NCBI RefSeq assembly: GCF_964204645.1
Contig: NC_134031.1
Span: 9,920,001-9,984,000, forward strand
Length of the DNA stretch: 64,000 nucleotides
Origin: Tubulanus polymorphus
Taxonomy: Eukaryota > Animalia > Nemertea
Direction: 5' to 3'
Of the stretch, positions 26,671 to 39,508 are shown one piece after another (positions within the stretch are counted from its first letter, which is position 1; the number at the start of each line of letters is the position of its first letter). Under the pieces are notes generated by a model. That model was not told the origin of the DNA. It worked only from the letters and a program-made list of their open reading frames with translations, and searched no databases. Made by a program: the position numbers and the translations under genes.

Positions 26671-27588
26671 AATAATTCTAGCCCATAACATATGACTATT
26701 GCCAAGAAGCGCAACTTGGGTCAACATTATGCTGGATATGTGGCTATTAGGAATTCATTTGTCAAAGCATCGAAGCAATGCAGTCCAACTTGTTTATGTC
26801 TCAGACGGAGCGCGCGGAAAAGGCCGACATTATAATGCCGATTCATCCAAATTACACTTACATAGTCAGCGCAACGTTTCTCAGTGTGTAAACTCCGTCG
26901 TACTCGGCATTATAGGACAGTGAGGAATTGAATTTTAGCCACCTGAGCCCGCCCTTGGCTTGATTTGAGCAAAAGACTTTAAATGACTTCACAGAATTTG
27001 ATTATGAGTCTAGGATTTTCTAAATTTTTGAAGAATGCTTTCTCTGGTTTTGAGATCAATTCAAATTCACTCCTGAATATAGTAAAATATTAGTCAAATA
27101 GATTCTTATTTTATTGAAAGAAATTCTACTGAACACAGATTTTGAAATGAGTTATGTGTCGATTCATCCGGACGAAATAATTACATGTACAGCAAAATCA
27201 ATTGACGATCGACAAGGTGGAGTTTTCATATATCTTCGGATAATGTGTCTACCCTTGATGATACGAGCATTCTGGCGACATCATTTGAAAACTCAACGCT
27301 TTATCTGCGTGCATCAATTAGTCAGCCACAGTCGATTTTTATGCCATCTGACCTCTTCCCACCTCTAATTAAGCAATCAAATGTAATAATTACTCAGTTA
27401 TATATATACTATCATAGATGAGCGAAAGAAAGTATAATAGAAATGTTCGGAGACCAATTCAAATCGTGCGTTAGTCGTTAAAAATCTATAACTACTGTCT
27501 CGCAGAGCATAGACACCATTAAGCCATGTGGAATTGGTATTTTAAGGGGTATTCGGTTTACTCCAAAACAAGTCTCTGATAAACTTAA

Positions 27589-29676
27589 AGGGTAACTGAC
27601 ACTTTTTTTTCATTTCAAAATATGATGTATTCTATTGATCTATACACTCATCTTCAACCGTTCTGTACCAAAATGTTTAGTTAATGCACAATTTATGATT
27701 TTGTAGCAAGATATTTGACCTCATTTCGTTGTTTACATCGCTAAATGTGGTGCGGGTGCGCGCTGCAACGTCATTAAAGGCAGAGCTGAGAAATAGCGTC
27801 TATAGAAATGCGTTGAATTTTGAGGAAACTGCGTGTACTTTCTGTTATATCTCAATGCCAGATTGTTCTATAGCTTTGAAACTGGCCAGGGAGGTAAAAG
27901 GATCTATTGTCTATTGTATAGACCTATTTCAAAGAATCAATGAGTAATTTGAATTGGCTAAACCGATCAAATTGAAGATGCAGATTTCAATCCGCTGCTA
28001 TGAAGCTATTAAAGTACACTATGCTAAGCTCTCAGCACTGTTATTGCTTCTCCATAGTTCACCTATAGTTCAGCACCACGAGCATACTATACTGTGTATT
28101 ATAAGCGATCACAGATTTCGATCTCGCTAAAGAATAAATAGATTCATATTCGTTTACTATTTACTATTTTTCATAGTCATTTAAGACTAAGTAGTTTGAA
28201 AACTAATACTTCAAAACCCCACAAAAACTTTCAAGAAATTTCTACAGCCTTTACAACAAATATTCAAAGGAATAATGTTTTTCGATTAAAGTTTCACGCT
28301 GCAGAAATGTTTTGATAGATTACAACACAAATCTTTCACAAACATTATATCTAAGTTTTAAAATAGGATGGATGAGGAAATATTCTAATTTTGTGACCAA
28401 AGCCGCTACCAATACGAGGTATATTTCAAGAAAAGTTCTTGCTGCTAATTCTGTCAAGTTTCATCAGTTCATTAGTCAAAATATTCTTAGATCTAACCAT
28501 GATCTTACTTCACGAAATGATGATACAAAACGATGATTTAAACATCCGTGTCCCTTGCTGTCTACTAGAAAATGCCATGGATTGCTATTCGAATCCTATT
28601 TTTGCGCTTAGTTTGAACGGATATGGTCCGTTCAACAGCTAATTATAATCATTAATATGTAGACTTTCAAAATCAAAAGGCATTTTGTCTCAATTCGAAT
28701 GCCAAAAAGGTATAAAATTAAGTTGAATTGCTCTTGTAGCTTATTTCCTATTCATTTCTATAGACATCATTTCCGAGCCGTCACTTTAGTGACGTAGTTC
28801 TATTAATAGACACAGACCACGCGTTCAGCAGAAGCAATGTATACACTGAACAGGTGCGCGAATATCAAAATCATCAATTCTGACTAGATTGAAAAGATTT
28901 TTCCAATAAAGAAGTTTCCAGTTTCTAGGCGCCATTTTGTGGCGGTCCCTCGAGGTCCCCATTGTTGCGATGATTTGCGCTAATTTTTAAAACATAAGTT
29001 TAGATTGAATATCATATAGTTCTGCAGCCCCTTGCTCGATGAACTTAAGTTATACAGCATTTTAAAGGAAATGAAATGCAGATATTTGCTGGCGATTCTT
29101 GGAATCTTTGAACGCAACAATTGTGACGATGCGGTGCGCAGTGGGAGACCCCTTTTGCGCGTAATCTCAAACTCAAGCGGGTACAGATCAGTCGTCAGGA
29201 ATGATATTCAAAAATATTCAACGCAGGCTTAAACTGCAAATAACCCTCTTTAACCTCTGTGAAAATTGGAAATATAGCTTTAAGAAATACTTAGATATTT
29301 TAAAATTAATAAATATTGCGATTACTTTTACGCACGGTTAAGATATGGGGTCCTTGGTTTCACATCATCACTGTTCTCAATTGTTGCGTTCTTCCAAGAA
29401 ACGCCAGCAAATATCTGCATTTCATTTCCTTTGAAATGGTGTATAAATTAATTTCGTCGAGCAAGGGACTGCAGAACTATATGATATTCAATCGAAACTT
29501 ATGTTTTAAAAATGAGCACAAATTATCGCAACAATGGGGACCTCGAGGGACCGCCACAAAATGGCGCCTAGAAACTGGAAACTTCTTTATTATGAAATCA
29601 CCTAGCCTTATTATATACTATAATATATCGTTTAGTGAAAAAAGTAGAAAATCTTTAAAAAAGAGTCAGTTACCCT
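27589..29676. mobile_element. Kolobok-like non-autonomous DNA transposon, copy 1
   Basis: TTAA-AGGGTAACTGAC...GTCAGTTACCCT-TTAA (TTAA TSD, purine-starting TIR); second copy at 41359-42742. Confidence 0.8.
28908..29588. mobile_element. Foldback MITE with ~220-bp TIRs and AT target duplication (ISL2EU-like), nested in the Kolobok-like copy
   Basis: AT-AAAGAAGTTTCCAGTTTCTAGGCGCC...GGCGCCTAGAAACTGGAAACTTCTTT-AT. The empty site CCAATTATGAAATC is visible at ~42652. Confidence 0.8.
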
Positions 29677-30014
29677 TTAAAAGAAAGCTTCATATCAAGG
29701 GTAATGAATTATCATCCCATATTGACAATGAATCCTATTCTGCATGTACGTTTAACTCATCCAAATATTATAAACATGTTAATTGAAATAATCAATTACA
29801 CAAAACGTCAATTACTGACAGCATCCGAGACAGCTTCGCTTAAGTTACGACAATGACGTAAAAGCTTGATTTGAAACGTACACCTGTGGTTTGAATTTAT
29901 TTCCACCAGCTGCAAGAATCTGCAAAGCCAAAGGAATTGAAGACCATGAGAGAAATCCCACAATAACGAAGCCAAGATTGAAAAATTTTATATCAGAATG
30001 ATTATATTCGAGGA

Positions 30015-30056
30015 ACGACGTTTCGGCTAACAACTGTTAGCCATCATCAGGCGTAC
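30015..30056 (-). ncRNA. Minimal type I hammerhead-ribozyme-like motif (Penelope/retrozyme type), probably degenerate
   Basis: Minus strand CCTGATGA-T-GGCTAAC-AGTT-GTTAGCC-GAAACGTC: core plus perfect 7-bp stem II; stem I is weak. Confidence 0.55.
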
Positions 30057-31056
30057 TGATGATTGAAAAGGCGCTCTTCTCAATGTATTGCTCAGCGGGT
30101 CAGAGTCCAAGAGTTTACGAGTCCGGCATTAGCGTGTCCGACTGGTTTACGGGCATTTTTTCGTTACCTCTTCAATATTTTTGTTATTCTTGTTATTCCG
30201 GTTATTTTATTTAAGTGTATTTCTGATCTGTTCATGTAACCAAAAGTGTCAATAAATAGAATAGATTTTGAATTGATCAAGTTTAAATCAAGGTCGTCGA
30301 GTCGCGGGTGGCTACTAGAGTTACGTTCGACTCAGAGAAAACAAACGACAGACAAGTATCAGGTGATTACGATAGCTACGGAACACAGTTGACAGTGTTA
30401 GGCCTGTGGCGGTTGCTGCGTACTGGGACTAAAATATACTGGTTGGTCAGTTGGTTCGCTTGTGAAGTATGGAAGCCAGGAAAGCCTGCCCTAACGCACC
30501 GGTCGGTATTTATTTGTCTATAATAGGCCTATTATAGTAGCCAATACCATTTTAAGTACGAAGTTGTTACCCGGCGATCTCCACAGTCAACCATACGTGA
30601 GTTCCCTACAAACGCTGTACCGGTACGTGAGTTCCTCTAATCTACATACGGAAATGCGTGGAGGAATAGGTTTTGGTTTAGGTGAAGCTATTTGTAAATC
30701 AACTTTCATCCACCCTGCAGTTACGTTCTGTGGCTCAGTAGGTAAATTTGACAACTGCTGGATTTCTTATTTCGTTCGGTTTCGAATCCCAATATTGCAA
30801 TATTGTTCGCACTCGGGTCATTCTACAGTAACACATGAAAACGACAGTTGCATTTGTTGATTTTTCAAGTTAAATATTCTCATTAAGTACTTAATAAAAT
30901 TGAAACTAATGATGACCACCATCATTGAAATGATATTTGGCGCGATGTTTTGAATAGCCGATGCCCACTATAGTAATTGGAATATCAGGGGTTCAGATCA
31001 GAGGTCGAGAGGACGTCACACCACTAATCACCACCAGTAGTTTTTTCCCATGATAA

Positions 31057-31400
31057 ATGGGAGATAGAAAAGCATTCTTAGCGATAATAAATAACAGAAT
31101 AAAACCAGCAAAAAAACCAATTTGAAATAAAAAAGTTAGTCGATGTTACAAAAGAAATTGAACATAAAATATTGAAATTAGAAAAGATAAAAACTTAATA
31201 TGGAGAGAAAGTATCAGCAAATTTAAATTACTGTAATGTTAGTACAACGCGAGAATTTAAAGTATTTTTACCTTATAAATGGGTTTCATTGAGTACAGAG
31301 GAATTAAAGGATTTAAAATAATTTACAATGGGAAAAATGAAGACGGGCATCATGATTTAGAAGTTGTTGATTAAAAAAATAAATTGATAATAATATTAAT
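31057..31400 (+). pseudogene. OB-fold/SSB-like small ORF remnant
   Basis: TAAATG start; homolog of 6350-6735. Confidence 0.6.
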
Positions 31401-31486
31401 TAAATATTAAGAATCCGAAATGACTTATCTGGACAATTTAATTGCTCCGCATAGATAGACAAAAGTAGTGAGATATTTAATTAGGC

Positions 31487-31900
31487 CTAATTAAAAATGA
31501 AATTATTTTTTTGCTTTTTTTCTAAAATATCAATCCATTTCTTTTTTATTGTGAATTTTGGAATTTCAGAAGTATTTTCATTTTTGATAGTAGTAATTTC
31601 AGAATTATTAATATCATAAATTTTATTTGATTTTTTATACCAACTACACCCAATCAAAATGAACACAATTACAAATCCAGTTGTAAAATATACATATTTA
31701 TCAAATATTCTATTATCAGAAGGAGTAGAAATAACAATATTTTCACCATTATTATTAACATTTTCATTATTAATTTTTTCTTTTATAGCTTTTTTAAATT
31801 CTCTCGATTTAATTCCTAATTGCCGAGACCATTCTATTTGTTTCTGTGATCTCGGTTTTTTCTTCACAGTTAATCCTTTCACCTCTTCCACTTCGCTCAT
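31487..31900 (-). CDS. Small basic single-TM Polinton protein (137 aa, 3' end frameshift-extended)
   Basis: KKKPRSQKQIEWSRQLG, TM segment FVIVFILIG, TAAATG start. Confidence 0.65.
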   Translation of the reverse strand: MSEVEEVKGLTVKKKPRSQKQIEWSRQLGIKSREFKKAIKEKINNENVNNNGENIVISTPSDNRIFDKYVYFTTGFVIVFILIGCSWYKKSNKIYDINNSEITTIKNENTSEIPKFTIKKKWIDILEKKQKNNFIFN

Positions 31901-31929
31901 TTATTGTAGAAAAATTTTTACTTTCAATA

Positions 31930-32400
31930 TTTGAAAATGTTATAGGCCTATAGCGTCATAAATCCACCTAATTGAAATGATAAATATCCAATCCATTTAT
32001 TTAATTCAGTCATAACTAAATAATCATTTTTTAAATCGTAATATAATCTATTTTCATCATGAATTGGTAGCATATATTTACATAATTTACTATAACCTTT
32101 TACTACATTTTCTGATATCGCATCATTAATTCTAGCTATTCTCGCAGTTTCATAAATCTTAAATAATTTAATAATTTCATCTGATTTCATTGTATCTAAT
32201 TCATTATAAGTTAAATTTTTACTAATATAACTTTTACATTTCCCAGATGCTATTAATATTTCTAATTGATGTTTGCAATAAAGATAATATTCATAATTAT
32301 TGTTTGTAGTAATATCATTTAAAGCACCATTATTATCTGGTGATAATTTAGTTTCTGTTATACCTAAATCATCCAAAGTTTTTTCAATTGGAACATCACT
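31930..32400 (-). pseudogene. Conserved Polinton hypothetical (homolog of 49997-50599); its 5' end lies beyond the HINE at ~33750-33780
   Basis: YEYYLYCKHQLEILIASGK...ARINDAISE...LKNDYLVMTEL. Confidence 0.8.
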
Positions 32401-32401
32401 A

Positions 32402-33749
32402 TTTTTAGGGTTTCTGCTGCCTCGGCAGAAACCCTATTGTATTCCTGCGGATTATTATTTTAACATATTTTCCACTAAATTTTGTCACATAAAAATCATC
32501 TATCAGATTCGACTACTAACAGCTTTTAAACGAAATGTTAAACTCTGATAGTAATATAATAGTCTCTTGCTCCGCGTAGATTCTACGGATGTAGGCCTAC
32601 TGTGCATCCTATTTTGAACTTAAAATTACTTAAAGATAGCACCGATGGAAATAGCAATCGTCGATCATGGCGCGCATACTGGCGCGAATCTGAATGTTCG
32701 TGACGTCATCTCATAAATAGATAAAAAGGAGGGCTCCGAGAATGTCCAAATCACAGGTTATTGTGAATAACTGGGGTTCGACCATTCACAAGTTAAAAAT
32801 GTACTTCCTTGTTTGTGAAGTAAGTTTATTCATACTGTTATCAAAAGCAGTTCCTTTTAAACATTCTATAATAGTATAGTTTTGTTCGTGGATACCAATA
32901 CTTCGAAAAATCAACGGCGGTTTATTTATTTACTATACCGGTACGCGTTTTCTTAATTGAATTGAATTGGTCCGGTCCAAAAGGCGGGTCATACTAGTTG
33001 GCGTCAGAAAATGTCAGCGTCGGTGATACCTTGTTATCGTCGATATTAAACGGTCTAAAGTCAGTTTATACATCACCTACATTACAAATTGGAGGTCCCT
33101 TTGTACATGTACATCACATCGTGACGCAGCGGCGATGGTAATGTCATAGAAGAACAAAGTCAGTTGAAAATACCTACCCACTGCACCGATAAAGAATGAT
33201 TGCTAGCCAGAGACCAGTGACAGTCTGGTGAGTGATGGTACCGTTCGTGATTATGTTTTTACAATGGTTATTGGACGTCAATTTCATATGTGAATTGTAC
33301 TCCCCATCTGATCGCTTGACTTGTCAGACTGACTCCTCTACTAATAGTAAAACTATAAGGCCTTCCCTCCTGCATAGTTTACCCTATAGGCCAAATTTGT
33401 GCTTTGGGCCAAATTCGGTTTTCTTATCTAGTCGACTTTTTTCGGAACGAATAATAACCGAATATGCGCTTAAACTGTCACTAGGGAATGGTAAAAACAC
33501 CGTAGCTTCGTTCTTCTCGATGTTATTTCCCCCAAAACCTGGCACATTAGTACTTTGCGCGTAGTAGCACATGAGCGTAATAGCACATGTGGGTCAACAC
33601 ATCCATGTTGTGAGTTGACTCCTAGGTGGCACTCTTTCAAAAAAACGGAATGTAACGAACTGATTTCGGGTGAAATCTTTGCTCGCATCCTTGAACGACA
33701 TTCTATCCAGAAAGGCAGAAACCCGTTATCGCTGCTTGCAGCTATATTT
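32402..33749 (+). mobile_element. HINE-like element family A, copy 2
   Basis: Same termini and body as 2349-3688; inserted in a T-run without TSD. Confidence 0.85.
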
Positions 33750-33865
33750 AGATTTTACTTTCTTTTCACCTCCGATTTATATAACAAAACAATTAATTGT
33801 GTGGTTGCAACAAGAATTTAACTAGAATGTAACTAAAAATACAATAGATTAACAAGCTAGTTGAG

Positions 33866-34110
33866 TTTAGATAAATTCATATTTAAATGGGTGTTGTAAT
33901 CAAAATAGTAATTTTGACCTTTTATTATTTTTCAATTTATCCATACATTCATCATGTAAATCATTTGGAATAATATCATTTTCCTCAAGCGCATTTTTCA
34001 TCGATTTTCTATCTTTATTGTAGAATAATACTAAAAATCTAATGTTTTCTCTAAAATCTTTAACAATTGAATTATATTTTTGATTTTAAACCCACATTGT
34101 TATCCCAAGT
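33866..34110 (-). pseudogene. Packaging ATPase C-terminal remnant
   Basis: YNSIVKDFRENIRFLVLFYNKD on the minus strand. Confidence 0.75.
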
Positions 34111-34234
34111 TTCAAGTTTTATTAGTAAAAATTTAACTTATAATGAATTTGATACAATGAAATCAGATGAAATTATTAAATTATTTAAGATTTATGAAAC
34201 TGCGAGAATAGCTAGAATTAATGATGCGATATCA

Positions 34235-35589
34235 GACGATAAGGTCCATATGGTCGAAGACAGTGTATGAGGAGATATCAGTTTTAGTGAAAGCAATTGA
34301 CGTGTTTCCAGGGTTTTTTTTAACCATTATGGACATTTTCCCCCAGACAAAAGTGGTCCTATTTTCTCAAAGTCCTGAAAAATTCTTTGAGGAATTGTGA
34401 AAATAAACAAATTATTTTTTTTTCTAAAGACATTTAAATGTTCTTTTTTCTTTCAATATAACGATATTTTTCAATAATAATATGCGTGGATATACATTCC
34501 CTAAAAAAATATAGTGTAATCGTCCATGACATCCTACCCACCTTATTTCCAATAATGGTATAGTCCACGCGTTAACCAATGAAACTGTGTTCTCTGTGCG
34601 TATGATGCTTCAATGAATGAAGTTCATGTGACAGGCACTACTACTAGTGGTAATTTTTATTAACCAAAGACCACATGGTAAAATAGGAATGCACTTAAAA
34701 TGGCTCTAAAAATCATCTAACTTTCCCTTTTGCCTTGGGCTTGACGCCTGATGTGCTTGACTTGGCATAGATACGCTTGTACATTTTTTTCCAAATAAAG
34801 AGAACGGACATTTTTTAACGATCACGGAAGCCCTGCGTCTCTCACTATATCTTTTTTTCTTGTACCGCGCGCCGAACAGTTTATCTTTCGTCAGTCAATC
34901 TGAGTCGGCCTGTGTTAATACGAGGCGGGACACAGCCGCTTGTCTCGCTGTGTGTATACAGCACTGCTGTCTTTTAGTCTACTATTACATGTACTATAGT
35001 ATAACTCACTCGGGGTATTCCCCGAGAATACAGCATTGAATGGCGTGATATGTGATACCGGCTGGCATTACTGGCTGACATTCATTGCCGGCTAACATTC
35101 ATTGCATGAAGAAAATCCTTCACTAGCAGTGCTTTCAAGAAATAAAATCTGGGCTAGTGAATGACTACACAGCAGAGACCACCACACCGATACTATCCCT
35201 GACAGCGTTAACCACGAACTGCGTAGCATCTATGAACTACTTACGAATGTATTAGTACGCGAGCACCTGTGAGGATAGTGGTGGGGATGACACTTCATTG
35301 CTGAGTAAAACTGATGTAGACAATTCACTGATAGGGTGAGCCCTTCGTGTGCCTCAAAACTTTTCATAATTCATCACGAATTTGGGCCTTTAGGTACAAC
35401 AGGCTATGATGTTTATAGCTAGGATCATTCATATAGGCAAATGACGCGTCACAGACAACTTTTTATTGGATTATCAGTTCTATATCGATACAGCATTATG
35501 GGACTATATCCATGGCAGTAGAGATACTGGTGTTGTTCGGTGAACGGCAGAAATTTTACCAGCGACGATCCCTATATGGTTTGACCATA
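34235..35589 (-). mobile_element. HINE-like element family C, copy 2 (3' tip truncated)
   Basis: Reverse complement of 18755-20020; splits the host reading DAIS|ENIV. Confidence 0.85.
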
Positions 35590-36871
35590 AAATATAGTAA
35601 ACGGCTATAGTAAATTATGTAAATATATGCTACCAATTCATGATGAAAATAGATTATATTCCGATTTAAAAAATGATTATTTAGTTATGACTGAATTAAA
35701 TAAATGGATTGGATATTTATCATTTTAATTAGGTGGATTGACGCTATTATCAACTGGAGTTATAACATTTTCAAATATTGAAAGTAAAAATTTTTCTACA
35801 ATAAAAGAGCGAAGTGGAAGAGGTGAAGAAAAAACCGAGATCACAGAAACAAATTGAATGGTCTCGGCAATTAGGAATTAAATCGAGAGAATTTAAAAAA
35901 ATAATGAAAATGTTAATAATAATGGTGAAATATTGTTATTTCTACTCCTTCTGATAATAAATTATTTGATAAATATTTATATTTTACAACTGATTTTGTT
36001 CATTTTGATTGGGTGTAGTTGGTATAAAAAATCAAATAAAATTTATGATATTGATAATTCTGAAACTACTACTATCAAAAATGAAAATACTTCTGAAATT
36101 CCAAAATTCACAATAAAAGAAATGGATTAATATTTTAGAAAAAAAGCAAAAAAATAATTTCATTTTTAATCAATTAAATATCTCACTACTTGTCTATCTA
36201 TGCGGAGCAATTAATTTGTCCAGATAAGTCATTTCGGATTCTTAATATTTAATCAATTTTATTATCAATTTATTTTTTTAAATTTTAATCAAATCATGAT
36301 GCCCGTCTTGATTTTTCCCATGGTAAATTATTTTAAATCCTTCTAAATCTTTTGATTCCTCTGTACTCAATGAAACCATTTATCAGGTAAAAATACTTTA
36401 AATTCTCGCGTTGTACTAACATTACAGTAATTTAAATTTGCTGATACTTTCTCTCCATATTTAGTTTTTATCTTTTCTAATTTCATTATTTTGTGTTCAA
36501 TTTCTTTTGTAACATCGACTAACTTTTTTATTTCAAATTGTTTTTTGCTGGTTTTATTCTGTTGTTTATTGTCGCCAAGAATACCTTTCTATCTCCAATT
36601 TATTAGAAAAAAAATTACTTGTGGTGATGAGTGGTGTGCCGACCTCTCTACCTCTGATCTGAACTCCTGATATTCCAATTACTAATACTGTTTGAGAAAA
36701 ACGCTCAGAACCTATTTGAATAGGTATATCTACCGTCTAAAGATATAGGGCTTCCATTTGCTGAATGCGCCACAGTTAATGATGCCCTTTTGATAGTTTA
36801 TTAAGTAAGGGAGATGAGTGATTAACTCTACTGTCCATTACCGATATCATGGCTCCGCTGTCAATCATATT

Positions 36872-37796
36872 ATTATAATAAAATCTATCTATGTAGAAAA
36901 TGTTTATCTAAATTTATGACTGAGAAGGCATTATTAAAACATAAAGAATTATGTGATATTAAAGATTTTTGCAAAATTAATAATGCCAACAAAAAAAGAT
37001 TGTAAGTTGAAATTTATTAATCATAAATTTAAAAATATTGTTCCATTTTTAATGTATGGAGATTTTGATCAAGATAGAAAAGAAATATACAATAAAAAGC
37101 AATTATTAAAATCAATGGACAAAGGAAATGAATTAAATGAACACATAATTCAAGACCCACCAATCATAAATACAATTTCAAAAGTTCACCAAAGAGCTGC
37201 TGTTTATGGAATTTATATAAAATCAAATTATCCTGAATTATATCAAAGTCAATATATTTCTTTTATAGGTGAAGATGTAGTAAATGAATTTTGTAATAAA
37301 ATAACTGAATTAGAAAGTGATTTTGCAAAATTATTAAACAAAAATAAAAGAATAGTTATGACAAAAGAAGATGAAATTGATTTTAATTATGCAACTCATT
37401 GTTGTTACTGTGAAAAACGTTTTTATTCATTTGATAAAAAGTTAGAGATCATGATCATTTAATTTCAAAATATCGTGGAGTTGCTCATGAAGATTGCAAT
37501 TTACAAGCTAAGAAAGTTAATTTCGTACCAATATTATTTCATAATTTATCAGGATATGATACTCATCTATTTATAAAACAATCGTCAGGAAAATTAGGCG
37601 CAATTAATCAAGAAATAGAAGAATATAATGCTATAAATGATTTAAATGTAGGAAAATATGATTTTAAACTATTAGCTAAGACATCTGAAAATTATATTTC
37701 ATTTCAATTTGGTTGTTTGAGATTTTTAGATTCTTATAGATTTCTAGCAAGTTCATTAGATAATTTAGCAAAAATTTTAGTTGATAATGATTTTAT
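36872..37796 (+). pseudogene. polB: polB N-terminal/exonuclease fragment, copy 2 (lineage A)
   Basis: Near-identical inverted copy of 21540-22460 (DPPIINTI, YATHCCYCEKRF, FHNLSGYD, FGCLRFLDSYRF). Confidence 0.9.
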
Positions 37797-37888
37797 AACA
37801 AGAGGCCCATGGGCCTTGAAGCATTGGTAGATTATACTGTGGTATTAAGTGGTTATAATGTTTTACATCTGCCGGCAAATCTTCTATT
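37797..37888 (-). mobile_element. 3' tip of HINE-like family E (inverted copy of 40755-40845)
   Basis: AACAAGAGGCCCATGGGCCTTGAAGC...CAAATCTTCTAT; followed by a short penton fragment at 37889-37975. Confidence 0.75.
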
Positions 37889-39508
37889 TGGAACACAAAT
37901 CAATTATAATTTAGCTGAGTGTGATTTTAAACCGATTTAATAATTTCAAATTAGAAATAAGAAATCATAATAGCATTGGTTGACGTCTATGACGTCATGC
38001 CAATGCTAGTAAAATGGATCGAAAATAGTAGTACGAAAAAATAGCGCCGACTGTTCTCATTTTCATAGTAACTTCAAATTGTCACTCCGTTCACGTAAAA
38101 CATTAGAAACAGCTGAAAATTACAAAAAAATGTTTCAATTATTCCCCACAACATAGCGTCGCCAGATTTCTGTTTTTATTGTCCAAAAAGTTATTCGATC
38201 GCATTTTTAGGCCAGCCGTAGGCTGAGCCTATTACTATACAAATGGAGCGAATTTAAATGACATGGTTTCCACACAAAAGGCTCTTTTGCTTGCCAAGTG
38301 AGGGCATATTCGAACAAATCACGTATTTAAGCGTAATCCATTCTCGGAATCGTAGCGAGCAGAATTTTGAAATAGGGTTTCATAAATTTCTTTTCTACAT
38401 TTTTCACGAAAATAAAATCGGGAAAATTTCAATTTTTATCAGGAAGTTGAGTCTTCCCTGTGATTGGTTTATCTGAAAATATCAGCAGCTGTTCACGTGA
38501 ATTGTCGTGATTTCATTACTGGCGCTTTTGCGCATGACGTCATGTATCATCACGCGACAATACTTCCGCGCTCGCTACGTGTTCGCTGATTGGCCCATTT
38601 ACTGGGAAATTCCACAGAAGCCTAATGTGGTTTGTTACAAGCGCTGTGATTGGCCCGACCCGATTCTGGCACGGCTTTAGCTTAGTGGGTTCGAATCCCT
38701 TGACGGGTGAAGATGATGGATCCTATCAATCTCTATTGAAACAAATAAGTTTCCCGGTTGGGCAGCCGCGGATATCTACCAGAAGTGTTCCGGTTCGATA
38801 TTTCGAGGTTTCTTTGAATTTTGGAGTGATATTGAAATCCGGTAAATACCGGCGGTAGATTGTGAAAACCCTTTGCATGATATTTGTATTACTTAATCAA
38901 CGAAAAGCGTCGGGGCCGCGCAAGGAGTTATCGCGATTCAAGTACCGCAATAGCCTACTTCTTCGTGTTCGTCCACCTCAATTTTCACTCCGCCGATCTC
39001 TGGCACGGCTCTGTCGCCGTCGGCGCTGTGATTGCACTTTCGTACCACCAACATTTTTTATCTCTATATCAGGGAGGTCTGGAGAATAAAAAAGTCAAAA
39101 TTTGGATATCACATAGGCCTAATTTGGGGCCTGGTTTCATCGAATAAGTCGACCATGGTCGTTACATTTCCGTACTAATTACCACCTAAAACTATCTGAA
39201 CAATTTTGTCACAATCAACATTTCGTTTACAGAAATCAGCAAATGTTCACGTGAACCCGCGGTATCGTCTATTTTTTTACTTCCGGGTTTTATTTTAAGA
39301 TTTAAAATTGTATTTCAAGATCGATTTCTATGAAATCTTTAGTTGATTTTTATTTGCTCTACCTCCTTGACAATTGCGCAAAGTTCGCGAAAAAAATAGC
39401 TTTTCCCAAATCCATCGTGTGTATGACTTTGATATGCTAATTAGCCATATGCTCGAATTACAAATTCAATCAAATTTTATTTTGCAAAAAAATGTTAAAT
39501 CCAATTCA

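Larger units (their letters stand above)
30972..36683. mobile_element. Internally deleted, two-ended mini-Polinton with >1-kb inverted arms and two HINE insertions
   Basis: Starts AGTAATTGGAATATCAGG and ends CCTGATATTCCAATTACT. 30972-32230 is the inverted copy of 34115-36683 (excluding the HINE). Strand switch at ~34110; no TSD seen. Confidence 0.8.

Noticed and set aside
33232-33821. ORFs within HINE, Kolobok-like and MITE bodies (also 2265-2471, 27729-29786, 41497-42554)
   Set aside because: No transposase, Rep or helicase motifs, and frames are not conserved between the paired copies.
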